Assembly: GCA_964252075.1 (NCBI GenBank)
Contig: CAXULY010000002.1
Coordinates: 1 to 64,000 of the forward strand
Direction of reading: 5' to 3'
DNA from: an uncultured Deinococcaceae bacterium
GTDB lineage: Bacteria; Deinococcota; Deinococci; Deinococcales; Deinococcaceae
DNA length: 64,000 nucleotides
Position 1 is the first letter of the stretch, and the number at the start of each line of letters is the position of its first letter. Below are positions 20,939 through 30,505 of the stretch, in pieces. The notes below the pieces were generated by a model that saw only the letters and a list, made by a program, of their open reading frames with translations, searched no databases and was not told where the DNA came from. A program made the translations under genes and the position numbers.

Positions 20939-22276
20939 TCAGTCCGCGGCGTGCAGCATGGAGGGCACGAACGCGCCGTGCTCCGCGAGCAGCTCATCCA
21001 CGAGCGCCCAGATCTGGTCGAGGTCCAGTTCCGCGCTGGTGTGCGGGTCCAGCATCGCGGCGTGGTAGATGTGCTCGCGGTTGCCGGTGACGAGCGCCTC
21101 CACCGCGAGCGCCTGCACGTTGATGTTCGTCTGCATCATGGCCGCGAGCTGCGGCGGGATGCGCCCGATGCGGGTGGGTTGCACGCCCTGCCGGTCCACG
21201 AGGCACGGGACTTCCACGGCGCATTCATCCGGGAGGTTCGCGATGAGTTTCCCGGCCGAGCCGTCCATGGGGCTGTTCATGACGTTGCCGTACACCACGC
21301 GCGGCTGTCCCGTCACCATGGAGTGAATGATGAGCGAGCCGTACTCCACGCTGCGCCGCACCTCCAGTGGCGCGCTGGGGTCCTGCAGGGTGCGCCGGAG
21401 GTCCTCCCACCCGCCGATCTGCGCCTCGCAGCGCCTGGGGTACTCGTCGAGCGGCACGCCGAAGCGCTCAATAAGGTCCTCGCGCCCGCGCTTGATGAAG
21501 TACGGCACGTACTCCGCGAAGTGCTCACTCGATTCCGTCACGAAGTACCCGAGGCGGCGCAGCATCTCGTACCGCACGCGGTTCCAGGCGGGCACCTGAC
21601 CGGACTCCGCGAGCGCCATGAGGCGCGGGTACAGGTCCTCGCCCTGGTGCTCGAACTTCAGGTAGAAGGCCATGTGGTTGATGCCCGCGCACAGGAAGTC
21701 AATCTCCTCGACGGGCAGGCCGAGGTCGTTCGCGAGTTCCTGCGCGGTGTGCTGCACGCTGTGGCACAGCCCGACCGTGCGGATGCGGGTCTGCCGCGCG
21801 AGGCCCCAGATGTTCATCGCCATGGGGTTCACGTAGTTCAGGTGCGTGGTGTCCGGGCACAGGCGCTCCATGTCGCGGCTCATGTCGAGCAGCACCGGCA
21901 CGGTGCGCAGCGCCCGCATGATGCCGCCGATGCCGAGGGTGTCCGCGATGGTCTGCCGCAGGCCGTAGCGTTTGGGCACCTCGAAGTCCGTGACCGTGGC
22001 GGGTTTGTACCCGCCCACCTGAATCATGTTCAGCACGAAGTCCGCGCCGTCCAGCGCGCGCTCGCGGTCGGTGGTGGTGGTGACGCTCGGGTGGGCGCCG
22101 ACCGCCTGCGCGACGCGCTGCGCGACCTGCCCGGTCACCGCGAGGCGCTCCTCGTTGATGTCGAAGAGGCGGATGTCGGCGCCCGCGAGTTCCGGGAAGC
22201 TCAGGATGTCCCCGAGGAGGTTCTTGGCGAACACGGTGCTGCCCGCACCGACGAAGGCGATCTTGGGGGTGGTCAT
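20939..22276 (-). CDS. melA: GH4 NAD+-dependent alpha-galactosidase/alpha-glucosidase
   Basis: KIAFVGAGS, QTIADTLGIGG, NYVNPMA, VGLCHSV, AGINHMA, TESSEHFAEY. Confidence 0.9.
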   Translation of the reverse strand: MTTPKIAFVGAGSTVFAKNLLGDILSFPELAGADIRLFDINEERLAVTGQVAQRVAQAVGAHPSVTTTTDRERALDGADFVLNMIQVGGYKPATVTDFEVPKRYGLRQTIADTLGIGGIMRALRTVPVLLDMSRDMERLCPDTTHLNYVNPMAMNIWGLARQTRIRTVGLCHSVQHTAQELANDLGLPVEEIDFLCAGINHMAFYLKFEHQGEDLYPRLMALAESGQVPAWNRVRYEMLRRLGYFVTESSEHFAEYVPYFIKRGREDLIERFGVPLDEYPRRCEAQIGGWEDLRRTLQDPSAPLEVRRSVEYGSLIIHSMVTGQPRVVYGNVMNSPMDGSAGKLIANLPDECAVEVPCLVDRQGVQPTRIGRIPPQLAAMMQTNINVQALAVEALVTGNREHIYHAAMLDPHTSAELDLDQIWALVDELLAEHGAFVPSMLHAAD

Positions 22277-22346
22277 GGATGGTCCTCTGTCACGGGGTGA
22301 ATGGGGGCGGGCGGAGGGTGGGGGCCGCGGCGCGGCCCCGGCGGGT

Positions 22347-23657
22347 TTACTTGAACAGCGCGTTCACTTTATCGTTTGCGGCCTTGAGCGCGTCAGTGGC
22401 CTGGGCCTTGCCGAGGTACACGTTCTGCATGGCGCTCGTCATGATGTCGTTGATCTGCGCGATGTGGTCCGTGATGGGGAAGTAGAAGGTGCCGCCCGGC
22501 GCCTTCGCCTGATTCAGGAAGGGGCTGGCGTCCACGCCCTTGGCTTTGTGCGCCGCGACGGACAGCGCGGCGGCGGCGGGAATGCCGGGGAACACCACGC
22601 CGTTCTTGCCGATGATGTTCTGGCAGTCGCTGCTCGCGAGGTACTTCACCCACTTCCAGGCTTCGTCCTGGTGTTTGCTGCCCACCCAGATGCTGTCCGC
22701 GAGGCCGTTGAACATGCTCATGCGCTTGCCGTTCGGGCCTTTGGGGAGCGGCGCGATGCCGACCTTGAAGGGCAGCTTGGTGGTGTAGTCGTTGATCATC
22801 CAGGAGCCGCTGGTGATCATGCCGACCTTCCCGGCGCGGAAGAGCGCGTCGCTGCTGCTCTGCGTTTCCTGGAAGCCGGGGATCAGGCCGTGCTTGAGGT
22901 TCAGGTCCGCGAGCCACTGGATGGTCTGCGCGAAGCGCGGGTCGTCGTAGTTGTACTTGGTGGCGTACAGGCCCGCGTTGAACTTCCAGCCGGTCGTGGC
23001 GGCCAGGAAGGACCACTCGGTCTGCCCGTTGAAGCCCGCGCCGAAGCCGGTCTCGTAGCCGTACTGCGCGACGTGTTTCCGGTCAAACTTCGGGGACAGG
23101 CCGTTGTTGCCGCCCTTGTCGGTGGTGAGTTTCGCGATGGTGCTCTGGAAGGTGCCGCCGTCCTTGGGGTTCCACGTGAGGTTCGCGAGGTCGCTGGGTT
23201 TCAGGCCCGCCTTCTTGAGCAGGTCGGTGTTGTAGAAGATCGCGACGGTGTCCCAGTCTTTCGGCAGGCCGTACTGCTTGCCGCCTTTGCCCCACAGGTC
23301 CTTCAGGCCCGGGTAGTAGATGTTGGTCGGCAGCTTGTCCCGCGCGATCAGCGGCGCGAGGTCCACCAGCTGGTTGTTGCGTGCGAAGTCCGGGAAGTAC
23401 GCGAGGTGGTCGGTGAATACGTCCGGCGCGGTGCCGGACACGAAGCCGGTCGTGATGCCCGTCCAGTAGTCCGCCCAGCCTTTCTGCGTGATCTTGATGC
23501 TGATGTCGGGGTTCTTCTTCTGGAAGTCGGTAGCGCACATCTGGTAGGCGGGCTGCTGGTTGCTGTCCCACAGCCAGTACTGCAGGGTGGTGGCGGCCTG
23601 GGCGGCGCTGGTGGCGGGCAGGGTGAGCGCGGCGGCAATCAGGGCTGCTTTTCTCAT
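22347..23657 (-). CDS. sugar ABC transporter substrate-binding protein
   Basis: Signal peptide, GTAPDVF, YGLPKDWDT, FYNTDLL, APLPKGP; operon context. Confidence 0.92.
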   Translation of the reverse strand: MRKAALIAAALTLPATSAAQAATTLQYWLWDSNQQPAYQMCATDFQKKNPDISIKITQKGWADYWTGITTGFVSGTAPDVFTDHLAYFPDFARNNQLVDLAPLIARDKLPTNIYYPGLKDLWGKGGKQYGLPKDWDTVAIFYNTDLLKKAGLKPSDLANLTWNPKDGGTFQSTIAKLTTDKGGNNGLSPKFDRKHVAQYGYETGFGAGFNGQTEWSFLAATTGWKFNAGLYATKYNYDDPRFAQTIQWLADLNLKHGLIPGFQETQSSSDALFRAGKVGMITSGSWMINDYTTKLPFKVGIAPLPKGPNGKRMSMFNGLADSIWVGSKHQDEAWKWVKYLASSDCQNIIGKNGVVFPGIPAAAALSVAAHKAKGVDASPFLNQAKAPGGTFYFPITDHIAQINDIMTSAMQNVYLGKAQATDALKAANDKVNALFK

Positions 23658-23684
23658 AACTTCCTCCTTGGAAGTGAAACCGCG

Positions 23685-23701
23685 TTTTTATCGTTAAAAC
23701 G
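23685..23701. promoter_or_regulatory. putative LacI-family operator, internal copy
   Basis: TTTTTATCGTTAAAACG, identical to 26621-26637. Confidence 0.7.
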
Positions 23702-23737
23702 TTTGGGTAGAGGAGGCGATGGCCTGGCGTGCCGCGC

Positions 23738-24643
23738 TCATTTCGCGCCGCTGAACTGCAGGGACTCCACCACGCGCCGACCCATAACGATCAGCAGGAT
23801 GAACACCGGAATGATCGCCACGAAGGTGCCCGCCATGAGGCCCGTCCAGTCCGGGGTGCCCTGCGGCGTCTGGGTCTTGAACACCTGAAGCGCGACGGGC
23901 AGCGTGTACGAGGACTCGTCCTTGGCGACCAGGAACGGCCAGAAGAACTCGTTCCACATGCCGATCGCCGTGAGGATGGACAGCGTGATGAGGGGGCCCT
24001 GGCTCATGGGGAGCGTGATGCGCCAGAAGATCGTCCAGGGGTGCGCGCCGTCCAGGAACGCCGCTTCCTCGGTCTCGCGCGGCAAGGACAGGAAGAACTG
24101 CCGCAGGAAGAACACCGCGAACGGCGACATCAGTACGAAGGGCGCCACCATGCCGGGCATGGAGTTCAGCCACCCGAGGTTCTTGACCGTGATGAAGTTC
24201 GGGATGAACAGCACGATGCCGGGAATCATCAGCGCGATCAGGAACAGGGTGAAGATGAAGTCCCGCCCCGGGAAGCGCAGGCGCGCGAAGGCGTACGCGG
24301 CGAGCGCCGAGCAGAAGGTCTGCCCCACCACGATGATCACGGTGAAGAGCGCGCTGTTCTTGGTGGCGGCCAGGAAACTGATGGAGCTGCCGGACCCGCC
24401 CGCCGCCTGCGCCGCCTCGGGGCTCAGGAAGCCCAGCACGCGCGCGAAGTTGATGAGGGTAGGGTGCGCGGGCCACAGCGCGGCGGCCTCGCTGTACAGG
24501 TCCTTGTTGCCGGTGAGGGCCGTCTTGAGCACCACGATGATGGGGAAGGCGGAGATCACCAGCACCAGCGCGAGCAGCAGCCAGGCCACCGCCCGGCCAG
24601 CGGGGAAGGCCTTGCGGGGACGTGGGGCGTTCAGGGTCGTCAT
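23738..24643 (-). CDS. carbohydrate ABC transporter permease (MalG-like)
   Basis: AAYAFARLRFPG, EAA loop EEAAFLDGA, WNEFFWP. Confidence 0.93.
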   Translation of the reverse strand: MTTLNAPRPRKAFPAGRAVAWLLLALVLVISAFPIIVVLKTALTGNKDLYSEAAALWPAHPTLINFARVLGFLSPEAAQAAGGSGSSISFLAATKNSALFTVIIVVGQTFCSALAAYAFARLRFPGRDFIFTLFLIALMIPGIVLFIPNFITVKNLGWLNSMPGMVAPFVLMSPFAVFFLRQFFLSLPRETEEAAFLDGAHPWTIFWRITLPMSQGPLITLSILTAIGMWNEFFWPFLVAKDESSYTLPVALQVFKTQTPQGTPDWTGLMAGTFVAIIPVFILLIVMGRRVVESLQFSGAK

Positions 24644-24653
24644 GGTCGTCTCC

Positions 24654-25574
24654 TCAGTCCAGGTCGGATTCGTTGGCGCGCAGCAGGCGCAGCTGCAGCA
24701 GCGTGAACACCACCAGCATCACGAACAGCACCATGCTCATGGCGGTCGCGTACCCCATGCGGAAGAAGCTGAAGGCGTTCTGGTAGATGTAGTACACCAG
24801 CACCTTGGTGGCGTCCACCGGCCCGCCCTGCGTGGTCACCGCCACCGTGTCGAAAATCTGGAAGGACCCGATGACGCTCGTCACCAGCACGAACACCGTG
24901 ACGGGCCGCAGCAGCGGCAGCGTGATGCGCCAGAAGGTGCTCCACTCCGTCGCGCCGTCAATGGAGGCCGCCTCGTACACGGTGCGCGGGATGGCCTGCA
25001 GGCCTGCGTAGAACAGCAGCGCGTTGAAGCCCATGTACTTCCAGATGTTCACGAAGGCAATGGTGGGGATGGCCTGCGCCTCGGAGTTGAAGAAGGCCTG
25101 CTTGCCCAGCGGCGTGCTGTCCAGCCACTGGTTCACGATGCCCAGGGACGGGTCCAGCATCCACGCGAAGATCATGGCGACCAGCACGCTGGACAGCAGG
25201 TACGGCAGGATCAGCAGGCTCTTCACGAACATGCTCTTGATGAGCCGGTCCATCGCGACCGCCAGCAGGATGGACAGCACCGTCTGCAGCGGGATGTTCC
25301 ACGCGACGTACTTCACCGTGATGCCCAGCGCCGACCAGAACTTCGGGTCGTGCATGACCTCCGTGTAGTTCGCCAGGCCCACGTTCTTCGGGTCGCTCAG
25401 GAGGTTCCAGTCGGTGAAGCTGATCTGCAGGCCGCGCAGCGACGGGTACAGGTAGAACACCGCGAAGCCCACGATGGCGGGCAGGATGAACAGGTACCCG
25501 ATCACCGCCTCGGCGGTGACGCGCCGGCGCCTCAGGGGCCTCACGCTGGTGTGCTGGACGGACTGGACGGTCAT
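24654..25574 (-). CDS. carbohydrate ABC transporter permease (MalF-like)
   Basis: SFTDWN, VGLANY, YEAASIDGA, FQIFD; AAAGGAG RBS. Confidence 0.93.
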   Translation of the reverse strand: MTVQSVQHTSVRPLRRRRVTAEAVIGYLFILPAIVGFAVFYLYPSLRGLQISFTDWNLLSDPKNVGLANYTEVMHDPKFWSALGITVKYVAWNIPLQTVLSILLAVAMDRLIKSMFVKSLLILPYLLSSVLVAMIFAWMLDPSLGIVNQWLDSTPLGKQAFFNSEAQAIPTIAFVNIWKYMGFNALLFYAGLQAIPRTVYEAASIDGATEWSTFWRITLPLLRPVTVFVLVTSVIGSFQIFDTVAVTTQGGPVDATKVLVYYIYQNAFSFFRMGYATAMSMVLFVMLVVFTLLQLRLLRANESDLD

Positions 25575-25593
25575 GGCGCTCCTTTTCCTGCCT

Positions 25594-26595
25594 TCAGGCA
25601 GATTCCCGAACGACGAGCGAGACGGGGAATTCCACGCTTTCCTGCGGCTGACCTGCATCCATCTGCTTCAGCAGGGCGCGCACGGCGTGCCGCGCCATGT
25701 CGCCCAGCGGGACGCGCACCGTGGTGAGCCGGGGTGTGGTGAAGAGCGCGAGGTCGCGGTCGTCGAAGCCGGTGATGGCGAGGTCCTGCGGCACGCGCAG
25801 GCCCAGTTCGTGTGCGCCGCGCAGCGCGCCCGCCGCCATGCGGTCGTTCGCGGCCAGCACGGCGTCCGGGTGGAACCCACTGGCCCACAGGTCATGCATG
25901 GCCTGAATGCCGGACTCGTAACTCCAGTCGCCCGTCACGATGCGGTGCGCGGCGCCCTGCCGCGCGACTTCCGCCTCGAACCCCTGCTTTCTGAGGTGCG
26001 AGGTGCTGCCCGTGTCGCGCTCAGGGAGGATCAGTGCGAGGCGCCGCCGCCCCTGGCGCACGTGGTGCCGCACGAGCTGCTCCATGCCGTCCGCGTAATG
26101 GGCAGTGACGTTACACACGCCGGCGTTGGGGAGGGCGTGGTCGAGCAGCACGGTCTGGATGCCCCAGTCCTTGAATTCCGCGAGGCGCTCGCGGGTCATG
26201 GTCGTGCTCACCACGACCATGCCGTCGAAGAGGTGCTGGCGGAAGTTCCGGCGCAACTGCGCGTACCCCTGCGGGTCGCCGTCGCTCATGAAGGCCATCA
26301 CGACGCTGTACCCGTGCGTGTTCGCTTCGGCGACGAAGGCCGCCAGGATGGCGTTCAGGTACGGGTCGGTGAGGTCGAAGGCGTTGTGGCCGTGGAAGGC
26401 GCAGCAGACGGTGGTGACGCGCGCCTCACGCAGGGCCTTGGCGGCGTGGTTGGGCTGGTAGTCGAGCGCGCGCACGGAGCGCATGACCCGTTCGCGGGTG
26501 GCGGGGCGCACGGAGGGGTGGTCGTTCAGCACATTGGAGACCGTCTGGTGCGACACGCCAGCGTGAGCGGCGACGTCCTTGAGTGTGGCGCGCAG
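25594..26595 (-). CDS. LacI family transcriptional regulator (probable CTG start)
   Basis: TLKDVAAHAGVSHQTVSNVLN HTH, YQPNHAAKAL hinge, ANDRMAAG, VPQDLAITGFD. Confidence 0.92.
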   Translation of the reverse strand: MRATLKDVAAHAGVSHQTVSNVLNDHPSVRPATRERVMRSVRALDYQPNHAAKALREARVTTVCCAFHGHNAFDLTDPYLNAILAAFVAEANTHGYSVVMAFMSDGDPQGYAQLRRNFRQHLFDGMVVVSTTMTRERLAEFKDWGIQTVLLDHALPNAGVCNVTAHYADGMEQLVRHHVRQGRRRLALILPERDTGSTSHLRKQGFEAEVARQGAAHRIVTGDWSYESGIQAMHDLWASGFHPDAVLAANDRMAAGALRGAHELGLRVPQDLAITGFDDRDLALFTTPRLTTVRVPLGDMARHAVRALLKQMDAGQPQESVEFPVSLVVRESA

Positions 26596-26620
26596 GGCTT
26601 CACCTCCTTCTCGTCCTTCT

Positions 26621-26666
26621 TTTTTATCGTTAAAACGATGGTATGGGTTCAGCCTTCCTTTGTCAA
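26621..26666 (-). promoter_or_regulatory. sigma70-type promoter with downstream operator for the LacI/sugar operon
   Basis: Minus strand TTGACA-17 nt-TACCAT, immediately followed by the imperfect palindrome ATCGTTTTAACGAT. Confidence 0.8.
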
Positions 26667-26760
26667 TCCGCGCCCGGGCGGGGGAGGGCCGCTCACCGGC
26701 TGCCGGCCCCTCCGTCATTTGACGGACGCCCGTCCCGCGCGCCTGGCCTACAGTGCAGGC

Positions 26761-26820
26761 ATGAAACAGAACCTGATGACCCTGACTTCCGGACCTGCGG
26801 CGCGCGGCGCGACAGCATGA
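26761..26820 (+). CDS. putative leaderless 19-aa leader peptide
   Basis: TACAGT-6 nt-ATG; MKQNLMTLTSGPAARGATA*; lies upstream of an ABC exporter. Confidence 0.45.
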   Translation: MKQNLMTLTSGPAARGATA

Positions 26821-27075
26821 CGCGCTGAGTTCAGCCTCTCCACCGCACCGCAGACGACGACGGCCCGGCCCGCTGCCCGGGGGCGCCCCACCCGCACCGG
26901 GTGAGGGGCGCCCCCACGAGCGCGGCCCGCGCCGGGCGACGGCCTCGCGCGCATGCTGGCGCGCCGGGCCGTCACGCCCCCACAGCGCCCCCACCTGACC
27001 TTCCGGCAGGCGGGGCGCCTCGGGGGACCGTCTGGAGTGCGGCGACCGCCCGTCACTCCGGCTGTGGAGGACGAC

Positions 27076-28815
27076 TTGGTCGTTTCCCGAGTGACCCGCT
27101 TCATCGCGTACTACGCCCCGTACCGCCGCACCCTGATCACCGACCTGCTGTGCGCGGTGCTGGTGGCTGGCATCTCCCTGCTCCTCCCGCTGTGCGCGGG
27201 CGCCATCACGCGCGGCGTGCTGTCCCACCCGGCGCCCGACGCGCTCGCGCGCATCGCGTGGCTGGGCGCCTCGATGCTCGCCCTGATCGCCCTCCAGACG
27301 GTGTGCGACACCTTCGTGGACTACCAGGGCCACATGATGGGCACCCGCATGGAGCGCGACATGCGCCGAGACCTCTTCGCGCATTTGCAGCGCCTCCCGC
27401 ACGCGTTCTACGACCAGCGCAAGACCGGGGACCTGATGTCGCGCCTCACGAACGACCTCTTCAACATCGGGGAGCTGTGCCACCACGGGCCGGAGGACCT
27501 GTTCATCGGCCTGCTGAAACTCGTCGGGGTGCTCATCATCCTGTTTCGCATTAACGTGCCGCTCGCGCTGGTGGTGTGCGCCTTCCTGCCCGTCATGGGC
27601 TGGTACTCGCTGCATTTCAGCCGTCGCATGAACACCGCGCTGCGCGTCAGCCGCGACCGCATCGGTGACATCAACGCGCAGGTGGAGGACGCCCTGCTGG
27701 GCATCCGGGTCGTGCAGTCCTTCACGAACGAGGCCCTGGAGGCGCGGCGCTTCGCGCGTGAGAACGAGGCGTTCGTGCGCAGCCGACGCGACGGCCACCG
27801 CAGCGAGGCCTTCTTCTCGCAGGGCATGACGGCCTTCGCGCAGCTCATGACGCTCGCGGTGGTGGTGGGCGGCGGCGTCGCCATCGTCCGCGCCGCCCTC
27901 AGCGTGGACGCGCTCGTCACGGCCCTGCTGTGCGTCGGCCTGCTCGTCGACCCGATCCAGCGCTTCGTGAACTTCGCGCGCCTGTACCAGGAGGGCCGCA
28001 CCGGCTTCGACCGCTTCATGGACATCATGGAGATCGAACCGCAGATCCACGACGCCCGCGATGCCCTGTGCGTCACGCGCGCGCGCGGCGACATCGAGTT
28101 CCGGCACGTCACCTTCCACTACCACCCGGACGGCGCGCCGGTCCTGCGGGACGTAAACCTCCGCGTGCGCGCCGGGGAGTTCGTGGCGCTGGTCGGCCCG
28201 TCCGGCGCGGGGAAGACCACCCTGTGCGCCCTCATCCCGCGCTTCTACGACGTGACGTGCGGGCAGGTGCGGCTGGACGGCACCGACGTGCGCCAGCTGC
28301 GTCTGGAGTCCCTGCGCCGTCAGGTCGGGGTGGTGCAGCAGGACGTGCACCTCTTCGCGGGCACGGTGCTGGACAACATCCGGTACGGCCGCCCGGACGC
28401 CCCCCTGCCGGACGTCATGGAGGCCGCGCGGCGCGCGGGCGCGCACGACTTCATCATGGCCCTGCCGCTCAGGTACGACACGGACATCGGGCAGCGCGGC
28501 GTGAAGCTGTCGGGTGGGCAGAAGCAGCGCCTCAGCATCGCGCGGGTGTTCCTCAAGGACCCCCCGGTGATCCTCTTCGACGAGGCGACCAGCGCGCTCG
28601 ACAACGAGAGCGAGCGGGCCGTGCAGGCCTCCATGGAGCGCCTCACGGACCAGCGCACCATGCTGGTCATCGCGCACCGCCTGTCCACCGTGCGCCACGC
28701 GGACCGCATCGTGGTCCTGACCGACGGCGGCATCGCGGAGCAGGGCACGCACGATGAACTGATGGCGGTTGATGGCGTGTACGCGCGGCTGTACCACCTG
28801 CAGCTGCGCGAGTGA
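27076..28815 (+). CDS. ABC transporter, fused permease/ATPase (MsbA/YwjA-like)
   Basis: GGAGG + TTG start; HHGPED, Walker A GPSGAGKT, LSGGQKQR, DEATSALD, IAHRLST. Confidence 0.92.
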   Translation: MVVSRVTRFIAYYAPYRRTLITDLLCAVLVAGISLLLPLCAGAITRGVLSHPAPDALARIAWLGASMLALIALQTVCDTFVDYQGHMMGTRMERDMRRDLFAHLQRLPHAFYDQRKTGDLMSRLTNDLFNIGELCHHGPEDLFIGLLKLVGVLIILFRINVPLALVVCAFLPVMGWYSLHFSRRMNTALRVSRDRIGDINAQVEDALLGIRVVQSFTNEALEARRFARENEAFVRSRRDGHRSEAFFSQGMTAFAQLMTLAVVVGGGVAIVRAALSVDALVTALLCVGLLVDPIQRFVNFARLYQEGRTGFDRFMDIMEIEPQIHDARDALCVTRARGDIEFRHVTFHYHPDGAPVLRDVNLRVRAGEFVALVGPSGAGKTTLCALIPRFYDVTCGQVRLDGTDVRQLRLESLRRQVGVVQQDVHLFAGTVLDNIRYGRPDAPLPDVMEAARRAGAHDFIMALPLRYDTDIGQRGVKLSGGQKQRLSIARVFLKDPPVILFDEATSALDNESERAVQASMERLTDQRTMLVIAHRLSTVRHADRIVVLTDGGIAEQGTHDELMAVDGVYARLYHLQLRE

Positions 28816-28831
28816 CACCGGACGCACTTGT

Positions 28832-28867
28832 AAAAAGAAGGGCGGGCGGCCACTGGCCGCCCGCCCT
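28832..28867 (-). terminator. intrinsic terminator between convergent genes
   Basis: AGGGCGGGCGGCC-ACT-GGCCGCCCGCCCT with a U-tract on the minus strand. Confidence 0.8.
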
Positions 28868-28882
28868 CTCGTCTGGCTGGAT

Positions 28883-30127
28883 TCAGATTTTGATGTCGGA
28901 GCCGAGGGCCTTGAGCTTGTAGCGGGCCATGGCGAGGTTGGCCTGATCGCGGTTCAGGACGAGGTACAGGAAGAGGGTCTGACCGGGGATGAGGTAGATG
29001 ATGTGGTACTGCTTTTCGAGGGTGATGAGGATGTCCTCGATGCCGCCCTTGATGCCGAGGGCGTCCATGGTGCGCAGCTTGGCGCGCACGACTTCGGTGT
29101 TGCCGGCGGCGGCGACTTCGAGGTTGACGCCGGAGCCGGCCGTGCCGAGGGCCATGCCGCTGCTGTAGTCGACGAGGGCGGCGGCGGCGGCGCCGTCGAT
29201 GGTCTGGAGGGCGGCGTCGAGGGTTTCTTTGGCGTTGGCCATGTCGGTGTGCTCCTTGATCGCCGAGGTCACCTCGGCGCTGATGAGGGGGCTGGGTTGG
29301 GGGTTGGCTTCGGGGGTGGGCGGCGTGGGTTCGCGAGCAGAGCGCCTGGGCCTTCTGAACATGTCGTCCTCGGCCGGGTCAGTGCCGGACAGGTCATCCA
29401 GAAGGACGTCGTCGATGCTGAGGTCTTCCGGATGGTGGTCTTCGTCCCTGCGCCTCATGGCTTCCATGAGCAGGTGGGTGAGCGGCTGTTCGATGACGTG
29501 CTGCAGGTTGCGGTAGGAGCGTTCGATGGTCATGGTGCCGTTCGGCCACGCGAGGATCTCGTAGGCGGCGGCCTCGCCCGTCGGTGGGCCCTGGTGCACG
29601 TAAGCGTCCACCAGTCGGCCCTTGTACAGGTGCAGGCGGCCCCACAGGGGTCCGGCCTGCACGCGAATGGCGAGGCTCTTGGCTTCCCACTCCATCATCT
29701 GCAGCAGGCTCGGCAGGGACAGGCCGCTGAACGAACCGCGGCTCAGACCGGCGACCTCCTGACTGATCGCTGTGCACAGCGCGCCCGCATCGGGGGTGAC
29801 GACGGGCAGGTCGCCGTGCTGCTCGACGAAGGCCTGCAGTGCGCTGCGCGGCTGGTCCGTGGCGAGCATGAAGAAGGTCCGGGGCCACGCGGCTTTGCCG
29901 CGTTCGAAGACGGCGGCGGTGGTGGCGTCCGGTCGGTCAATCAGCAGGACGACGAGGTCCGGCCTGGCCTCCCGGTGAAGCTGCAGGAGCGCGCCCTGCT
30001 CGCTGTGGCCTTCGAGCCGCCAGCGTGAAGCGTCCGGGACGCTGTTGCGAAGGGTCTGAAGCAGGGTGTGGGCGCGCTGGCCAACCAGCAGCACGTGGGG
30101 AACGTATTCGGTATGGTCAGCGGTCAC
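28883..30127 (-). CDS. degenerate receiver + DUF4388 (PatA_N) + Roadblock/LC7 fusion protein
   Basis: HVLLVG...PDLVVLL; GSFSGLSLPSLLQMMEWE...GRLHLYKGRLVDA...EILAWPNG; C-terminal IDGAAAAALVDYSSGMALG...IEDILITLEKQYHII. Confidence 0.8.
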   Translation of the reverse strand: MTADHTEYVPHVLLVGQRAHTLLQTLRNSVPDASRWRLEGHSEQGALLQLHREARPDLVVLLIDRPDATTAAVFERGKAAWPRTFFMLATDQPRSALQAFVEQHGDLPVVTPDAGALCTAISQEVAGLSRGSFSGLSLPSLLQMMEWEAKSLAIRVQAGPLWGRLHLYKGRLVDAYVHQGPPTGEAAAYEILAWPNGTMTIERSYRNLQHVIEQPLTHLLMEAMRRRDEDHHPEDLSIDDVLLDDLSGTDPAEDDMFRRPRRSAREPTPPTPEANPQPSPLISAEVTSAIKEHTDMANAKETLDAALQTIDGAAAAALVDYSSGMALGTAGSGVNLEVAAAGNTEVVRAKLRTMDALGIKGGIEDILITLEKQYHIIYLIPGQTLFLYLVLNRDQANLAMARYKLKALGSDIKI

Positions 30128-30505
30128 CTCTCTTTCACCTGCTTCCTCGGTGTGGATGCGCGTGTGGCGCCCGTGGTCCTACGCACGCACCTTAACGGGC
30201 GGCTTCTTACTGTCCTCTTACTTCTTAATGCTTCACACCTGAATCGGTTGGAAGAAGGCTGAAAGGAGCATCACAGGGCGGCAATCTGCCTCAAGCCGCA
30301 CAAACTCGCTTGCACTTCTCTTTGCCGTCCTCTAATCTGGCTTTCAGAAATTCATCCTCCTTGGAGGCTACGACGCGCGCCGTTCATTCGGGCACCTTCG
30401 GCGCGCTGAGCCAGTGGTGCGACCGGCCGGAGGACCGCCAGCGTAGCCTTCCCGCGCGGGCGCACCCTGTTGTCGGCGGCACCATCCGTAAAGGACGTGC
30501 GCCTC

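Noticed and set aside
25594..28827. 1077-aa ORF suggesting a giant LacI fusion
   Set aside because: Its N-terminal part is the antisense of the ABC transporter; promoter and RBS lie just before the HTH.
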